From Octopus sinensis (taxonomy: Eukaryota), in NCBI RefSeq assembly GCF_006345805.1, contig NC_042997.1, positions 200,756,001 to 200,820,000 of the forward strand: a stretch of 64,000 nt of DNA, read 5' to 3'. Positions 36,457 through 50,286 of this stretch are shown piece after piece. The notes under the pieces were generated by a model, which did not search any database, was not told the DNA's origin, and saw only the letters and a list, made by a program, of their open reading frames with translations. A program made the position numbers and the translations under genes. The first letter of the stretch is position 1, and every line of letters begins with the position of its first letter.

Positions 36457-38460
36457 TAATAATATAAGTGGCTAGCAAGCATATTAGATGCAGCACAAAG
36501 TTTTGTCAGTGAATGGGTCACAGTTTCAAAGCGAAGAAAATATTTTTACAAGGTTGGAATACAAATCCTACCACGACTTCTTTTACTTGCCTTTTACAAC
36601 CTGCAGAATAAACAATGGGTCTATTCTTTGGCATTCTGAGGCCCCGCCCACCCACACAGTTTTGAGATACATTTATCATTGGATAAATGAATTGGAAAAC
36701 ATGAAAACAAAGACTTTAAAAAATATTAAGCCTGCATTTTCAAAGCATCACAGAGGAGGAGTTTGAACATCCTGCTCAGGTATAAACATAAAAGACATTG
36801 CCATTGTTGGGAATGTATCGGATCTAAACCAAGGTTTGCCTTCCTTTGCTAAACACTATAACTTTTCCAAGATTAGCATTTACCTTATAAGTCATTGTGA
36901 TTTAAAAAGGATTAAAGTTATCATTTAACCCTATAAATCATTGATATAAAAGTCAATAATCCTACAGCACAAGAGGGAAACTTAAGCTATAAAATTAAAC
37001 GTGTCGTGTTTATTTCAGGCTGGTTTATGCTTAGATAAAATTATGCAAGAATTTATCACGTTTAAAAGAGTGCAAGCATGTTTAAAGCTCAGCTGTGTCA
37101 CTGCTGCATTATCACCATAAAACTGTTCAGTTATAAGTTTGTTGTGAATTCAAGAGAACATTTGATTTATTTTGTTGTCGATGTATGATATTATTTAGTT
37201 AAAGCCATTGTTAAATATTGCATTCACTGGCAAAATTAATGGTGATTAAAATAAGGAGATTTTCGTGATATCAAGCCATGCAGTGAAAGGAACGTTTGCT
37301 GCATGCATGAAGAGATATGAGCAAGTAATAAATTACAAAATATCATAGACATACTTCTCCAACATTTCACATATTGAAACCTGATTGTAGTTGATGCTTG
37401 AAACCTTATTGTAGATTCAGACATAAAGCTAGCACAATAAATAAGCTAAATAGTTATGTTTCTGTTCATATTTACTAGTCTTCTTCTGTTTGGCAAATAG
37501 TTAATGTCCAGCAGATAATTTATTGATTTTTCAGACCAATGTCAATCAAATGTGTTTTAACTTAATGCAGTAAAATGAACAAACTGCATTAAAGAATAAT
37601 TTCTTATCGACAGGAAAAATATAATCAAGACCAAAAACGAAATCTATTTATCTTTCTTTCTAAATATACTTCCTCAGTTCAAGAAATAAATCTATATTTC
37701 TTTTGTGTTAATATTTAAATTATGAAATGTAGGCCAAAATCATGAAATATAGGGCAATCAGAAGCAAAATACTTAATTAAATTATAGCAGCTAGGGGCTG
37801 TGGGTCAAAGGATAATCAGGTGATCACGGGAGCATCCTGTCTAATTTGCAATTGGCCCATAGGGACAGGTAGACTTGTAACTAAAATAGACACAAGCACT
37901 AAATTGGCAGAGTTGTAGAAAATTGGGTAAAATTCATACTGGTAATTCTACATACTGTTTCTCTACACTGTGAGTTCAAATCCCATTGTGGTAAATTTTA
38001 ACTTTCAGGGTCAATAGATAAAAAAATTAATCCAAGATGGTGAATTGGCGGAACTGTAACAGCATCAGATGAGATGCTTTGAAGTATTTGTTCCAGCTTT
38101 TTGTGTTCTGAGATTCAATCCTGCCATGGCCTACATGGGCAATAGACTTAATCCGGCCCCTTGGTTGCTTGTAGCAGGGTCTACTTTGTTACAAGCATTC
38201 AGGCCATAGTTCTGGTTTGAGGATACATTTTTACATCCCAATCTCACCTCTCACAAGCCTCAGAAGCCTAGTAAAGGACCATGGACATTTCCTTCTCCCT
38301 CGAATAAAAGGTGACAAAAAGAGATGTAGCTGATTTGAAACTGAATTGCTGGACAGCCATGTGAAAATCTCATTGACATCATGATTATTTCCCATCATTC
38401 ACTGATAAACTGACCAATCAGTGTCAAACCATCACATGATTCAACTTTTTAGAACTTTAC

Positions 38461-38632
38461 AGTTCTATATTTAAGAGATAAGGAATTATGTACATTATTT
38501 ACATTATTTACATTTGACAGATACTTGTCCTCATCTTGTTTGTTGTTAACACATTTCAGGTGTTTTGGGGAAATTTCGAACCAGGGTTCTCATTCCTAAG
38601 GTATTTTTCGATGTTGTTGTTATTATTATTGC

Positions 38633-38713
<81 letters not shown>

Positions 38714-38807
38714 CATTCAGGTCACTGCCTGGAATTGAACTTGGAATCTTGGGGTTAGTATCCCACACTTTTAACCCCAAGATTCCAAGCTCAGTTCCAG
38801 GAAGTGA

Positions 38808-38848
<41 letters not shown>

Positions 38849-38937
38849 TCGATAAATACCTTAGAAATGACAACCCAGGTTCAAAATTTCCCCATTGACA
38901 CCTAATGAAGGCTGGAGGGTATATCAGCTGAAACGTC
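38461..38937. mobile_element. Head-to-head inverted pair of family-1 hammerhead elements
   Basis: Minus tail 38461-38613, (ATT)n, hairpin of two tRNA-like heads 38716-38813, (AAT)n, plus tail 38846-38937. Confidence 0.88.
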
Positions 38938-38957
38938 AAATTGCCTGAAAACACATT

Positions 38958-39300
38958 TAGTTATGTATTTTTGTATAGTTACTTTTAGGCACCATTGCCC
39001 ATTCGATTAAAGAGTTGTTGTTTGCAGCAGTATATCCGGGTGTAGGTGGTTTATCTGGAATTTGTTGGAGATATTCATCCAGGAACTTTCTGAAGGTATT
39101 GAAATCTTTTTCTTTCTTTAAATGTTTTGCAATGATGTTAAAAAGAGCAGGCCCAGTTGAGGAGACGTAGTTCTGTCTTAGTGTTGTGATGTGCTGTGAG
39201 CACGATTTCTGTAGGGGATGCATACCACGGGGACCAAGCCTTGGGTGGATTTTAAAAGTGATACCGATATCATTTGGGCAATACTGTCGGAACAATTTCA
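38958..39300 (-). mobile_element. 3' end of an APE-type LINE (clade uncertain)
   Basis: GPALFNIIAKHL..FRKFLDEYLQQIPDKPPTPGY..NSLIEW, a typical LINE ORF2 C-terminus. Confidence 0.65.
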
Positions 39301-39304
39301 ACAT

Positions 39305-39472
39305 AGGCGTAGGAGTGGCTGTGTAGTAAGTAGCTTGCTTACGAACCACATGGTTCCAGGTTCAGTCCCACTGCATGGCACCTTGGGCAAGTGTCTTCTA
39401 CTATAGCGTTGAGCCAACCAAAGCCTTGTGAGTGGATTTGGTCGACAGAAACTGAAAGAAGCCCATCATGTA

Positions 39473-39554
<82 letters not shown>

Positions 39555-39785
39555 GTGTGTGTATATTTGTATGTGTATGTTTGTGTGACTGTGTTTGTCC
39601 CCCCACATCGCTCGACAACCAATGCTGGTGTGTTTACATCCCCGTAGGTTAGCGGTTTGGCAAAAGAGACCGATAGAATAAGTACTAGGCTTACAAAGAC
39701 TAGGTCCTAAGATCGATTTGTCCGACTAAAGGCGGTGCTCCAGCATGGCCACAGTCAAACGACTGAAACAAGTAAAAGTAAAAGT
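39305..39785 (+). mobile_element. SINE family B, full length
   Basis: ggcgtaggagtggctgtgtagtaag head through gactgaaacaagtaaaag tail. Confidence 0.9.
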
Positions 39786-40173
39786 ATCACACAAATAATA
39801 AAGCAATCTCGGTGGCTCTCGATCAGCACAGAAAAAAAAAAATTATGTGCAGTAAATATAGCTTCTGTTAACTGATTGTGAATATTGGCTTCGACCAACA
39901 AGCAAGCACTACTTTACAACAGAGGAAAAGAGATAAACCAGCATGGTAAAGAAATATTAGGAGTATTTGTTTTGAAAATAATTTCTGTGAGTAAAAAAAG
40001 TATGTTTGTTTTTGTGCCACTGACTGGGAGAAAATTATTAAAAGCCTAAAAAAAAAAATGATCTTTTTTTTCTATTAGCATGGCTGTGTGGTAAGGAGCT
40101 TGCTTCACAACCACATGGTTCTGGGTTCATACATACATACATACATACATACATACATACATACATACATACA

Positions 40174-40226
<53 letters not shown>

Positions 40227-40374
40227 CATATACATATACATATATATATATACATATATATATATATTATATATATATATATGTAGGTCCCGGGTTGAGT
40301 CGGGGTTAACCACAGTAAATAAAGTACTCAATACATAGCAGAGTAAATTAATTTATTATATAGAAGGAGCTTCT

Positions 40375-40424
<50 letters not shown>

Positions 40425-40469
40425 TATATATATTATATATATATATATATATATATGATGCGTGTGTAC

Positions 40470-41490
40470 GAACAGCCATGCTACATGGCAGTGAAACATG
40501 GGCCGTGACTGCTGAGGATATGCGTAAGCTCGCTAGAAATGAAGCCAGTATGCTCCGGCTGGATGTGTAATGCCGGTACTCACACTCGGCAGAGTTGTAA
40601 GTACCTTGAGAGAAAGACCTAAAAGAGCATCAGTTGTGGTGTCACAGTTACGTGAGCGTTTGCGCTGGTATGTCGTGTGATTGCTGGAGAATGATAGATA
40701 GTTGTGTGAAAAAGTGCCACACCCTAGCGGTTGAGGGAACCTGTGGAAGAGGCAGACCCAGGAAAACCTGGGACGAGGTGGTGAGCACGACCTTCGAACT
40801 TTAGGTCTCACTGAGGAAATGACTAGAGACCAAGACCTCTGGAAGTGTGCTGTGCGCGAGAAGACCCGGCAGGACAAGTGAGTCCACAACCCGTGGCCTT
40901 CTACATGGGATGGAGCCAGCCTACGTATGCATACCTTCCCTTCTTGGGACACAAAACTCTACTTGTGAAGACGTGTTGAGGCAAGTGAGGATCAGAATCG
41001 AAATCGATCAATGGAAATTGCGGATGTGCTACCAGTGCCGGTGGCATGTCGAAACTCTGCTTGTGAAGACCCATTGAGGCAAATGAGGATCAGAATCGAA
41101 ATCGATCAATGGAAATCGATCAATGGAAATTGCAGATGTGTTACCAGTGCCGGTGGCATGTAAGAGAACTTTCCGTTTCGCGACCGTTGCCAGCACCGCC
41201 CCGTTTCGTGTCCGTTGCCAGCCTCGCCTGGCCCTCGTGCCGGTGGCACATAAAAAGCACCATCCGTTCGTGGCCGTTTGCCAGCTCTGTCTGGCACCAG
41301 TGCGGGTGGCACGTTAAAAAGCACCCACTACACTCACGGAGTGTTGGCGTTAGGAGGAGGCATCCAGCCGTAGAAACACTGCCAGATTTTGACTGGCCTG
41401 ATGAAGCCTTCTGGCTTCACAGACCCCAGTAGAACCGTCCACCCATGCTAGCATGGAAAACGGACGCTAAATGATGATGATGATGATGAT
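40470..41490 (+). mobile_element. 5'-truncated RTE-like LINE with long 3' UTR and (GAT)n tail
   Basis: CVKKCHTLAVEGTCGRGRPRKTWDEVV..DLRTLGLTEEMTRD.DLW; ends gctaaatgatgatgat. Confidence 0.82.
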
Positions 41491-41492
41491 GA

Positions 41493-41657
41493 TATATAGG
41501 GGAAATTCACAAAAAAAACGAAAGACGAAGACAGGTGGTGTAGACAACAAACAGATGCATTAGTATAACGCTTGGAAGTGAAAAAGTCTTTAACATTTCA
41601 AGCCTACGCTCTTCCACAGAAAGAAACACAGAAAGAAACAAGGAGAGAAAATAAAGA

Positions 41658-41665
<8 letters not shown>
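41493..41665 (-). mobile_element. Family-2 short element with hammerhead-like motif (41587-41624) next to (TA)n
   Basis: Reverse complement similar to 46860-47041; UCUUU-CUGUGGA-A-GAGC-GUAG-GCUU-GAAAU-GUU-AAAGA. Confidence 0.75.
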
Positions 41666-41714
<49 letters not shown>

Positions 41715-41743
<29 letters not shown>

Positions 41744-41975
41744 GTGTGTGTGTCTTGTGTCCAGTTTTGGCCCCCACCACTGCACAACAGCAGGTATTGG
41801 TGTGTTCACATCCCTGTAACTTAGCAGCTCAGCAAAAGATACTAACAGAATAAATACCAAGTTTATAAAAAACAAAAAGCAAATACTGGGGTTGATTCAT
41901 TCGACTAAAATGGCTTCAAGGCAGTGCTCCAGCATGGCCGCAGTCTAATGACTGAAGCAAGCAAAAGATAAAAGA
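41715..41975 (+). mobile_element. SINE family B 3' part
   Basis: ggtgtgttcacatccctgtaacttagc..ctccagcatggccgcagtc. Confidence 0.75.
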
Positions 41976-42531
41976 GAAAGAGGAATTAGAACATCCTGGT
42001 CAGATAATAGAACAGTGATTTGCAGATACTCAATAACAGTATACATACCTTTAGATAACTGATCAATTTATGGAAACCTTTGATACCTGCCTTCATAAAT
42101 GTTGCTGTATTGCATCACCGAGCAAGACATTAATTACAAATTTCAGAAGGTTTTAATGGCTAATTAATAAACAATGATTTCACTTAAGGTGTGTTTGGTT
42201 AGCAATAAAACTGCTAATTACCAATATATCAAGTACCTCCTATGGATGAAGATGTGTGAGAGAAAGGAATCGTTTTTAAATGGGTAATGAAGTGTGGTGA
42301 GGCATCTGAGCATTCAGAAATGATTAGAAAGAGGAAGAAATGTTGGTTATGTATAAGGGCTGGGCGGTGGTGCTCCACTGGGTCTGGGATCAAAGCCAAA
42401 GCATGTTTTTAAAGAGCCCAGTTGATAGAAAATGTACAGGGCTGGCAGCAGGAGGTGTTCAGTGTAATCAATTTATACATTTAGAAAATCAGAAGGAATA
42501 CAACAGTGTGGTAGAATAAGGGAAACCATGT

Positions 42532-42945
42532 GGTGAGCTGGCAGAAACGTTAGCGCACCAGGCGAAATGCTTTGTAGTATTTCATCTGCCGCTACGTTCT
42601 GAGTTCAAATTCCACCGAGGTCGACTTTGCCTTTCATCCTTTCGGGGTCGATTAAATAAGTACCAGTTATGCACTGGGATTGATGTAATCGACTTAATCC
42701 GTTTGTCTGTCCTTGTTTGTCCTCTCTGTGTTTAGCCCCTTGTGGATACTAAAGAATTAGGTATTTCGTCTGCCGCTACATTCTGAGTTCAAATTCTGCC
42801 AAGGTTGACTTTGCCTTTCGTCCTTTCAGGGTCGATAAATTAAGTACCAGTTATGCACTGGGATCGATATAATCGGCTTAATCCGTTTGTCTGTCCTTGT
42901 TTGTCCCCTCTGTGTGTAGCCCCTTGTGGGTAGTAAAGAAATAAG
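42532..42945 (+). mobile_element. SINE family A with duplicated body
   Basis: Same organisation as 9547-9952. Confidence 0.9.
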
Positions 42946-43242
42946 AATAAGGGAAACCATGAATATTGTTTTGAAATTTTGACACAAGGTCAGCAATTTG
43001 TGTGTGGTGGTGGATGGGTGGTAAGTTGATTACATTGACCCCAGTGTCCAACTGGTACTTATTTTATCAATCTTGGTTCTTGATTCAGAACGTAAAGACA
43101 AACAAAATACCGCGAAGTATTTCTCTGTTGTGCTAACAATTCTGCCAGGTTGCCATCTTGGTAGGCACGAATATTGCTGGGGATGAAAGAGGGAAAGAGT
43201 TTTCATATCTGACAGGAGGGTATACTGAGGAAATGAATAACG

Positions 43243-43321
43243 CTTATCAGACGGGTAGTCATGATGGGTATACTGGGCTTTGGATATTTTACCCCAGTGT
43301 CACTTTGATGGCATGCACTTC
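43243..43321 (+). mobile_element. 3'-terminal fragment of the AAT-flanked element
   Basis: cttatcagacgggtagtcatgatgggtata..gtgtcactttgatggcatg followed by caataataa. Confidence 0.8.
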
Positions 43322-43339
43322 AATAATAAAGAAGTTGGG

Positions 43340-44356
43340 GAGGAAGGGGGAAAGAGAAGAGGAGGAAGGAAAAGAAGAAGAGAAGAAGAAGAGGAAGGGA
43401 AGGAGGGTAGGTGGAAGAAGAGGAGGGAGGAGGAAGGAGAAGAAGAGGATATGGCAGAAGAGGAAGCAGAGGTGCAGGGGGAAAAGGAGAAGGAGGAGAA
43501 GGAGAAGAAGGAGAAGGAGAAGAAGGAGAAGGAGAAGGAGGAGAAGAAGAAGGAGAAGGAGGAGGAGGTGGAAGAAGGAGAAGGAGGGGTGGAGGAGAGG
43601 GAGGAGGAGAAGGGCGAAGAGAAGGTGGAGGAGAAAGAGAAAAGGAAGAAGAAGAAGAAGAAGAAGAATGGAAGTACAGAAGTGGCAGCAGTCCTGTTGC
43701 AGCACAACGTTCATTCTTTGAAACCAGTTCAAATTTGAATTTAAAAGAAAAGAAAAGAAAAGAAAAAAAGAAAACACGACGGCGGATCGATATTTCTCTG
43801 TCCTTCCCCTTCATCAATAAATATAGTCTGAAGAATCGAATGAGAAATATTTCCGAAAATATTCACTGAACTCGATGCCATTTTTGGTTAGCCAATTGGT
43901 CAGTTGGTGACGATGTCGTTGTTTGTTATTTATTTGACATTGACAAAGCACTTGTATCTCTTATCTCGCTTCTCCTGCATCCTTCACCAAACAACACTGA
44001 CATGCACAGATGCACATTCGTTGTGCAGCCTCTAATGCACAATTTATTGCCAACTGAAAGAAAAAAGCAGAGGCTGGGGGCTCCAGGTCATCGTTGGGGA
44101 GCGGCTTCCTTGTGTTTTCTTCCAAATTCAAAGACACCAATGCGAATGGATAAATATCACACTGGCACACTATGCTTTATCGCCACTGCCATAACCATCA
44201 CTATCATCTTCAACATCATCATCATCGTCATCGTTGTCATCATAATAATCATCATCATCATCATTGTCATCATCATCGTTGTCGTGGTTGTCGTCGTTGT
44301 CATCGTCATTATCATCGTCTACGTTATCATCATCGTCATCATCATCTTCATCATCG

Positions 44357-44406
<50 letters not shown>

Positions 44407-44543
44407 GTCATAAATCATCATCATCGTTGTCGTCGACATCATCGTCATCATCCACAGCCTCATCGACATAAATCATCGTCATCTTCATCGTCGTCTTCAT
44501 CATCATCATCACTACCACCGCAAACCGCTAACACCCACCCCAC

Positions 44544-44577
<34 letters not shown>

Positions 44578-44682
44578 ATCAACGTATCCTCATTCTCTTT
44601 TGCCTAGACTTTATCGCTGTCGCTCTCCTCCTCCCCTTCCTTCTCATCATCATCATCATCATCATCGCCACAATCACTACCC

Positions 44683-44754
<72 letters not shown>

Positions 44755-44755
44755 T

Positions 44756-44787
<32 letters not shown>

Positions 44788-45335
44788 CACGCCACCATCA
44801 TCATCATCATTATGATAAATTCTATTTTGGGACGTCGTTACTCATTCATCAATTATAGCTAAAACAGTTATCGTCGTGGTGGCTTTTATTGAAAAATCAT
44901 CATCACCACCACCACCATCATCACCATCATCATCATCATCATCGTCGTGGTCGTCGTCGTGGTCGTCATCGCCTTTTCTGTGAGCAACCAAAGCAGAAGA
45001 AACTAAGGCAAGATTCAATAACAATAACAAATATCAACGAGTCCCTTGTTAGTATAATGTTAATAACCATAAATTATAACAGGAGTACACACATCTACAT
45101 ATATATACACACACACACACATATATATATATATACACATACACAGGCACATACACACAAATATACAAATATATATATGAATGTATGTATATGTATATGT
45201 ACATAAGTATTTATTTGTGTATATATATATGCGTATATATATGCGTATATATAAATGCGTATATATATGCGTATATATGTAAAACATATATGTATATATA
45301 TATATATACATATATGTATATATAAAGCGTATATG

Positions 45336-45367
<32 letters not shown>

Positions 45368-45530
45368 TCATATGTATATATGTATATATACATACATATA
45401 TGCATATGTATATATATATGTATGTATATATATATATGTATGTATATATACATATGTATACATATGAATGTTTGTATTTGTGTATATATGAATATATATA
45501 TATGTATATATGTATATATATATATGTATA

Positions 45531-45613
<83 letters not shown>

Positions 45614-45700
45614 ATATATATATATCTATCTATCTATATATATATTATATATATATATATATTATATATATATATATAATATATATATATATACGTATGT
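43340..45700. repeat. Compound low-complexity block (GAA/GGA, CAT, ATT, CAC, TA)
   Basis: Directly visible; explains the many homopolymeric ORFs. Confidence 0.92.
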
Positions 45701-45957
45701 ATGGATGTATGGATAGATGCATGCACGTACGTACGGTCTTTGGTTGTAGCTGTTAGGCCGAGAGATACCGACCGCACTCAAGATAAAAGGCCATCGCACT
45801 GCCGTTTCGTATGAAGGTGAAATGCATTAATTGTTCATGTTCACAAATATAGGCATGTTGATCAAGAAAGTTAACAATATATATTTATATGTGTGTGCGT
45901 GCGTTGTGTGTGTGCGTGTGCACGTATGTATATATGTACACTTACATACATACATGT

Positions 45958-46168
45958 AGCCGTTGAAGAATTTGGACCTGGAGATCTCCATTTCCAGCGA
46001 CTTCGAGGGCCACTTCCCAGTGGTGTCGGGCGTCAACGAAGAGCCCTCGACTACAACAAGACGACCAAAGCTTTTTTTGTCTAAGGTCTGGGGTCTCCCT
46101 CCCCTAAGCCCTAGACCATCACCTAATCACCCTTACCTGTCTTGTTGCTTAACAACAACAACAACAAC
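45958..46168 (+). repeat. ~200-bp dispersed repeat ending in (AAC)n
   Basis: Inverted copy of 32925-33125. Confidence 0.8.
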
Positions 46169-46559
46169 TACTACATACTTGTAAAGTAGAATCTAAAGAC
46201 ACGGTGGTAGTCTGCATTGGCAATTTCACTGTATCCTTGCTACACACACACAGAGTTTTATATAGTATATATTTTGTTGTATATAGTTATTTTGATGTGT
46301 GTAGCAGGAATGAAAAATGATCAATAATTGTTGCTAACAAACACCACCGTTTTTATTTTGTGTAGCATTTCGTGGAATTCCATCGCGATAAGACAATTAC
46401 TTGATACAGGAAACCAAAATGACTTTCAAATATTGGTGTCGGGGTTATTATTTAACCCCTGGGTCCCGACACGCACCACCAACCAATTCTCAAACCATGC
46501 TTGCAGCTGTGACCATTCTCACCTTATATCAAAATATTACAATTTCTAAAAGTCTTTCT

Positions 46560-47235
46560 TTTATTCTTCTTTTTATTTGTTTCAGTCAGTTGACTGCGAC
46601 CATGCTGGAGCACCGCCTTTAGTCGAAAAAATGGACCACCAGGACTTATTCTTTGTAAGCCTAGTACTTATTCTATCAGTCTCTTTTTGCCGAACCGCTA
46701 AGTTACGGGGACGTAAACACACCAGCATCGGTTGTCAAGCGTTAGTGAGGCGGGGGACAAATACAGACACACAAACATATACACACATACATCTGTCTCT
46801 GTCTGTCTCTCTCTCTCTCCCTCCATATATATATATATATATATATATATAGATCGGTAGCCACTACACACATTTTTTCTCTCCTTGTTGCTCTCCTTGT
46901 TTCTTCCTGTGTTCCTTTCTGTAGAAGAGCGTAGGCTCGAAACGTAAAAAACTTTTTCAATTCCTGAGCGTTATACTAATACATTTGATTGTTTTCTACA
47001 CCACCTGTCTTCGTGTTTTGTTTTTTTCGTGAACTCTCCCTATAGATATATATATATACATATATATATATATACGACAGGCATTTCCTGTTTCTGTCTA
47101 CCAAATCTACTCACAAGTCTTTGGACAGCCCAAGGCTATAGTAGAAGACACTTGTCCAAAGTGCTATGCAGTGGGACTGAACCCGGAACCACGTGGTTGG
47201 TAAGCAAGCTACTTACCACACAGCCACTCCCGCAC
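46560..47235 (-). mobile_element. SINE family B split by an insertion in its (TA)n tract
   Basis: Tail 46560-46850 and head 47045-47235. Confidence 0.85.
46851..47041 (+). mobile_element. Family-2 short element with hammerhead-like motif (46914-46951) inserted in (TA)n
   Basis: CCUUU-CUGUAGA-A-GAGC-GUAG-GCUC-GAAAC-GUA-AAA; TA repeats on both sides. Confidence 0.78.
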
Positions 47236-50174
47236 CTACATCTGTTTTTTAAACAATAGGGTATGATATGATAAGAGGGTGGTTTGGCTGCATTTTCTGA
47301 TGTTCTGCTATCATATTCTTCCTTCTTTGAATTATGGGACTTACTGGATGTCCCTTGTTATGGTAGAATTTATAAACCTCCAGAGAAAATACTAGATCAT
47401 ACTTTGTTACAATTGTCTCTACTAGCGCCATCCCAATATAATTGCTGCCATTTATTGGTATTATTGACCATTTTACCATTACTTCAGTTCTTTGATCTGT
47501 ATAGATTGAGTGAGATGGCAATGTGGTTCCAGGAAAAGCATTTCTCTTGGTGGGAGATCGATCTTCCAAGTCTCCTAAATAAGGTCAAAGGGTCCTGGAT
47601 CTGAAGTGAAGCAGTGAAAACAGTGCATTATGACAAGTGTTCGTTTATGCATGAAGAAATTCCTAAGAATATTTGATTGATTAGCATTCATGGGCAATTA
47701 GAATGGCATCTGTAGTGCACGATGGGATTACTGTGTGAAAGTAGCTGGCTGGAGGTGGCTGAACGAAATCTCCTCGCAAAAATAATGAGGCAAGTTGCAG
47801 ATTGATATCACATCGATTTTCTGAATGTACCAATAGATAAATCTCACCGGGTTATCTATATTTCGAATCACAGTAAGAGATACACATGGTGTTAGGTTTC
47901 TATAGCTCTGGATATTTGACTAAACATAGCATAATTTGTGATCTTCCCGGTCAACTTCTCTGGGATGGGGGTTGCCCATCCAAAGGGGTCGGTAAACACT
48001 TGAAATGATTTTGAGCATTAAGGGTGCTGATTTATTAGTGAACCGAATTTGGAATAATACTGTAAATTAAGGCTAAGACTCGCAAACTTCCAGCTACATT
48101 TTGATGAAATAACTAGTATTCACCAAACACATTATTTCTCATTAAATATTCTGCCTATATTAATAAAACATGACTGAATTTTTATTGTTCTTTATCAATT
48201 TCGTTAAGTATTTGCATAAAATTTATTTTACTTTCTCTTCCCCCTCTTCCCCTTTCTCTCTCATAAACTGCCATTGATCAGACTTGCAGACAGATGGGCC
48301 CCCATCCAGTTTAAATTTCCGAGTCAGCTCTATGTTATGGCGGTGTTCCTACAACTCCGTTAGGAGTTGAGAGTCCAAGACAAAGCAATTGCGAAAGGAT
48401 TTTCTGGTCGCAGACGTGAACAGCTATCGCCGATTTTGCTATCTGTCTGTAAAAATGAGCGGGGCTTTTTTGAGGTGCCATGTGTAGCATTTACCATTTT
48501 TGTTTACCGAATTCTAATGATGGTTCATTGCTTCTTTGTTAGAAACAAACATCTTCCTTAAGTGAAGGATTCAAGTAATAAAAAGAAAAACAAATGAATA
48601 AAAGAAAGAAAATGGAACAGACGTATGTACATCCCTACTTAGTTGATATCACTTAAATTCCGTTGAAGGAGCTGTTTCTAAATTAGAAATAATATTCATT
48701 CTGTTTATTGGAGAGAAATTTGAGACATAAAGTCCCCAAAACATGCATGAATACACAGATGCACACCTACATACAGGCAAAGCATTCCAATATTTAACCT
48801 GCTACGCATATATACACGTATCCAGAATCCAGATATAGATATACGGATACAGATTTATATATTGTCATGCATTGCAAATATATGCACACATATACACATG
48901 TATATGCATACAAACATACAATAAATACGTATTACATGCGCAGATACGAACATGCCACAACTTACTGGAAGCACACCGCACGTTCAACAAATTCTGGTGG
49001 GTTGGCACTGAATTGAATTTGGATTGTGTAGAATTAGCAGAAAATTTGTGAAAAATTCGACAATTTAATAACGTAGACTGACCTACATTAACTTGTATTT
49101 CCAGGGAAATAAAAAGTAATGTTTAATTTAACTTGTAATAAATTCAGAAAAAATTATCAAAAATGAATGAAATTTTCTCTCAGTACTTTGTAGGTTCTCC
49201 TTGGAGTAAAAATTATGGCTTTCAACCAATTATGTACGAATTTGGTTAAATTACCAATGACAGATTTTTTTTCAGCACTGTAATTGGAGTGATTTTTGAT
49301 GATCTTGCTAGCAACCTTCTAACGAAATGTTCTCAGATCTGTTGTATTGGATAAAGATCAGGACTTTGAGCAACCGGTTTCAAATGTTTGATTCCATGAG
49401 TTCTTTTCCTTTCTTGTAGGATATGGACCTTCATCTTAAAAAAAAAAGACTGGCCTTCTTACCAATTATTACATTGAAATAAACTAGTAATACACTTCTC
49501 AAATATTTAACAGTATTCTGAGCCAGTTTAATGATTTTTTCAAGAAGAAAATGAGTTTGATCTGCCTGTAACCCAAACTTGTTCCCTATAACCCATAACC
49601 CCAGTTTTACCATGTTTAGCTGTTCCTTACAAGCAACCAGATTCTCATTTTCAGTTGAATTGGAAAATTGGCAGCATTTAATTTACTTTCAACAGATTGT
49701 ATTATTGACGATCAAAACTTGTTTTTCTAACTGGAGAATACGTTAGCCCAGTCCAACCTTTTGACCTTAATCTCTTTTGAAATCTGACTCCATTCTTACA
49801 ACTCTTCGTTCATAACCAAAAGGCTTCAATACCAATCTTAAATAACATGGCAGCATATCCATAACATTTACAACGTCTCTAACATTTGCAAGTCAATGTT
49901 CAGTAACAAATTTTCTTCAGCATCCCAGATCTTCTCATCACTCAGTAATTAACTTCTTTAATCACCTTCTCCTATTTTAATCACTGGTTGATTGATGATT
50001 AACACCAAAAGATTGATCGATTTTTCAATTAAACACTCCCCGTTAATACCAGCCGATGGCTTCTCCAAGTGTAAATTCATCATCACTATCTTTTTCTCAT
50101 TTGTTTTTATTGTTGGGATTTATCAAATCAAAGTTACGATAAATCCAAAAACACCGCTAGACACTAAATGTATC

Positions 50175-50192
50175 TGTACAAAAGTGAAACCA

Positions 50193-50286
<94 letters not shown>

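Noticed and set aside
36580-36625. Possible minus-strand microexon (ttctgcag|GTTGTAAAAG|gcaagt)
   Set aside because: Splice-like motifs alone are common, and there is no neighbouring exon or transcript evidence.
37250-37335. Short protein-like frame EIFVISSHAVKGTFAACMKRYEQ
   Set aside because: Weak acceptor, no recognisable homology, and an open frame this short is expected by chance.
38548-38957. aacacattt direct repeat as a TSD for the 38.5-kb pair
   Set aside because: The left copy lies inside the element tail rather than at its boundary.
41085-41135. Short repeats gaatcgaaatcgatcaatggaaat resembling a CRISPR-like array
   Set aside because: These are local duplications inside a LINE 3' UTR, with irregular spacing and a eukaryotic context.
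47250-48050. Possible decayed LINE endonuclease on the minus strand (GDF, DLI motifs)
   Set aside because: The motifs are too short and degenerate to call without an alignment.
49250-49980. Possible transposase or helicase remnant
   Set aside because: No convincing motif in any frame.
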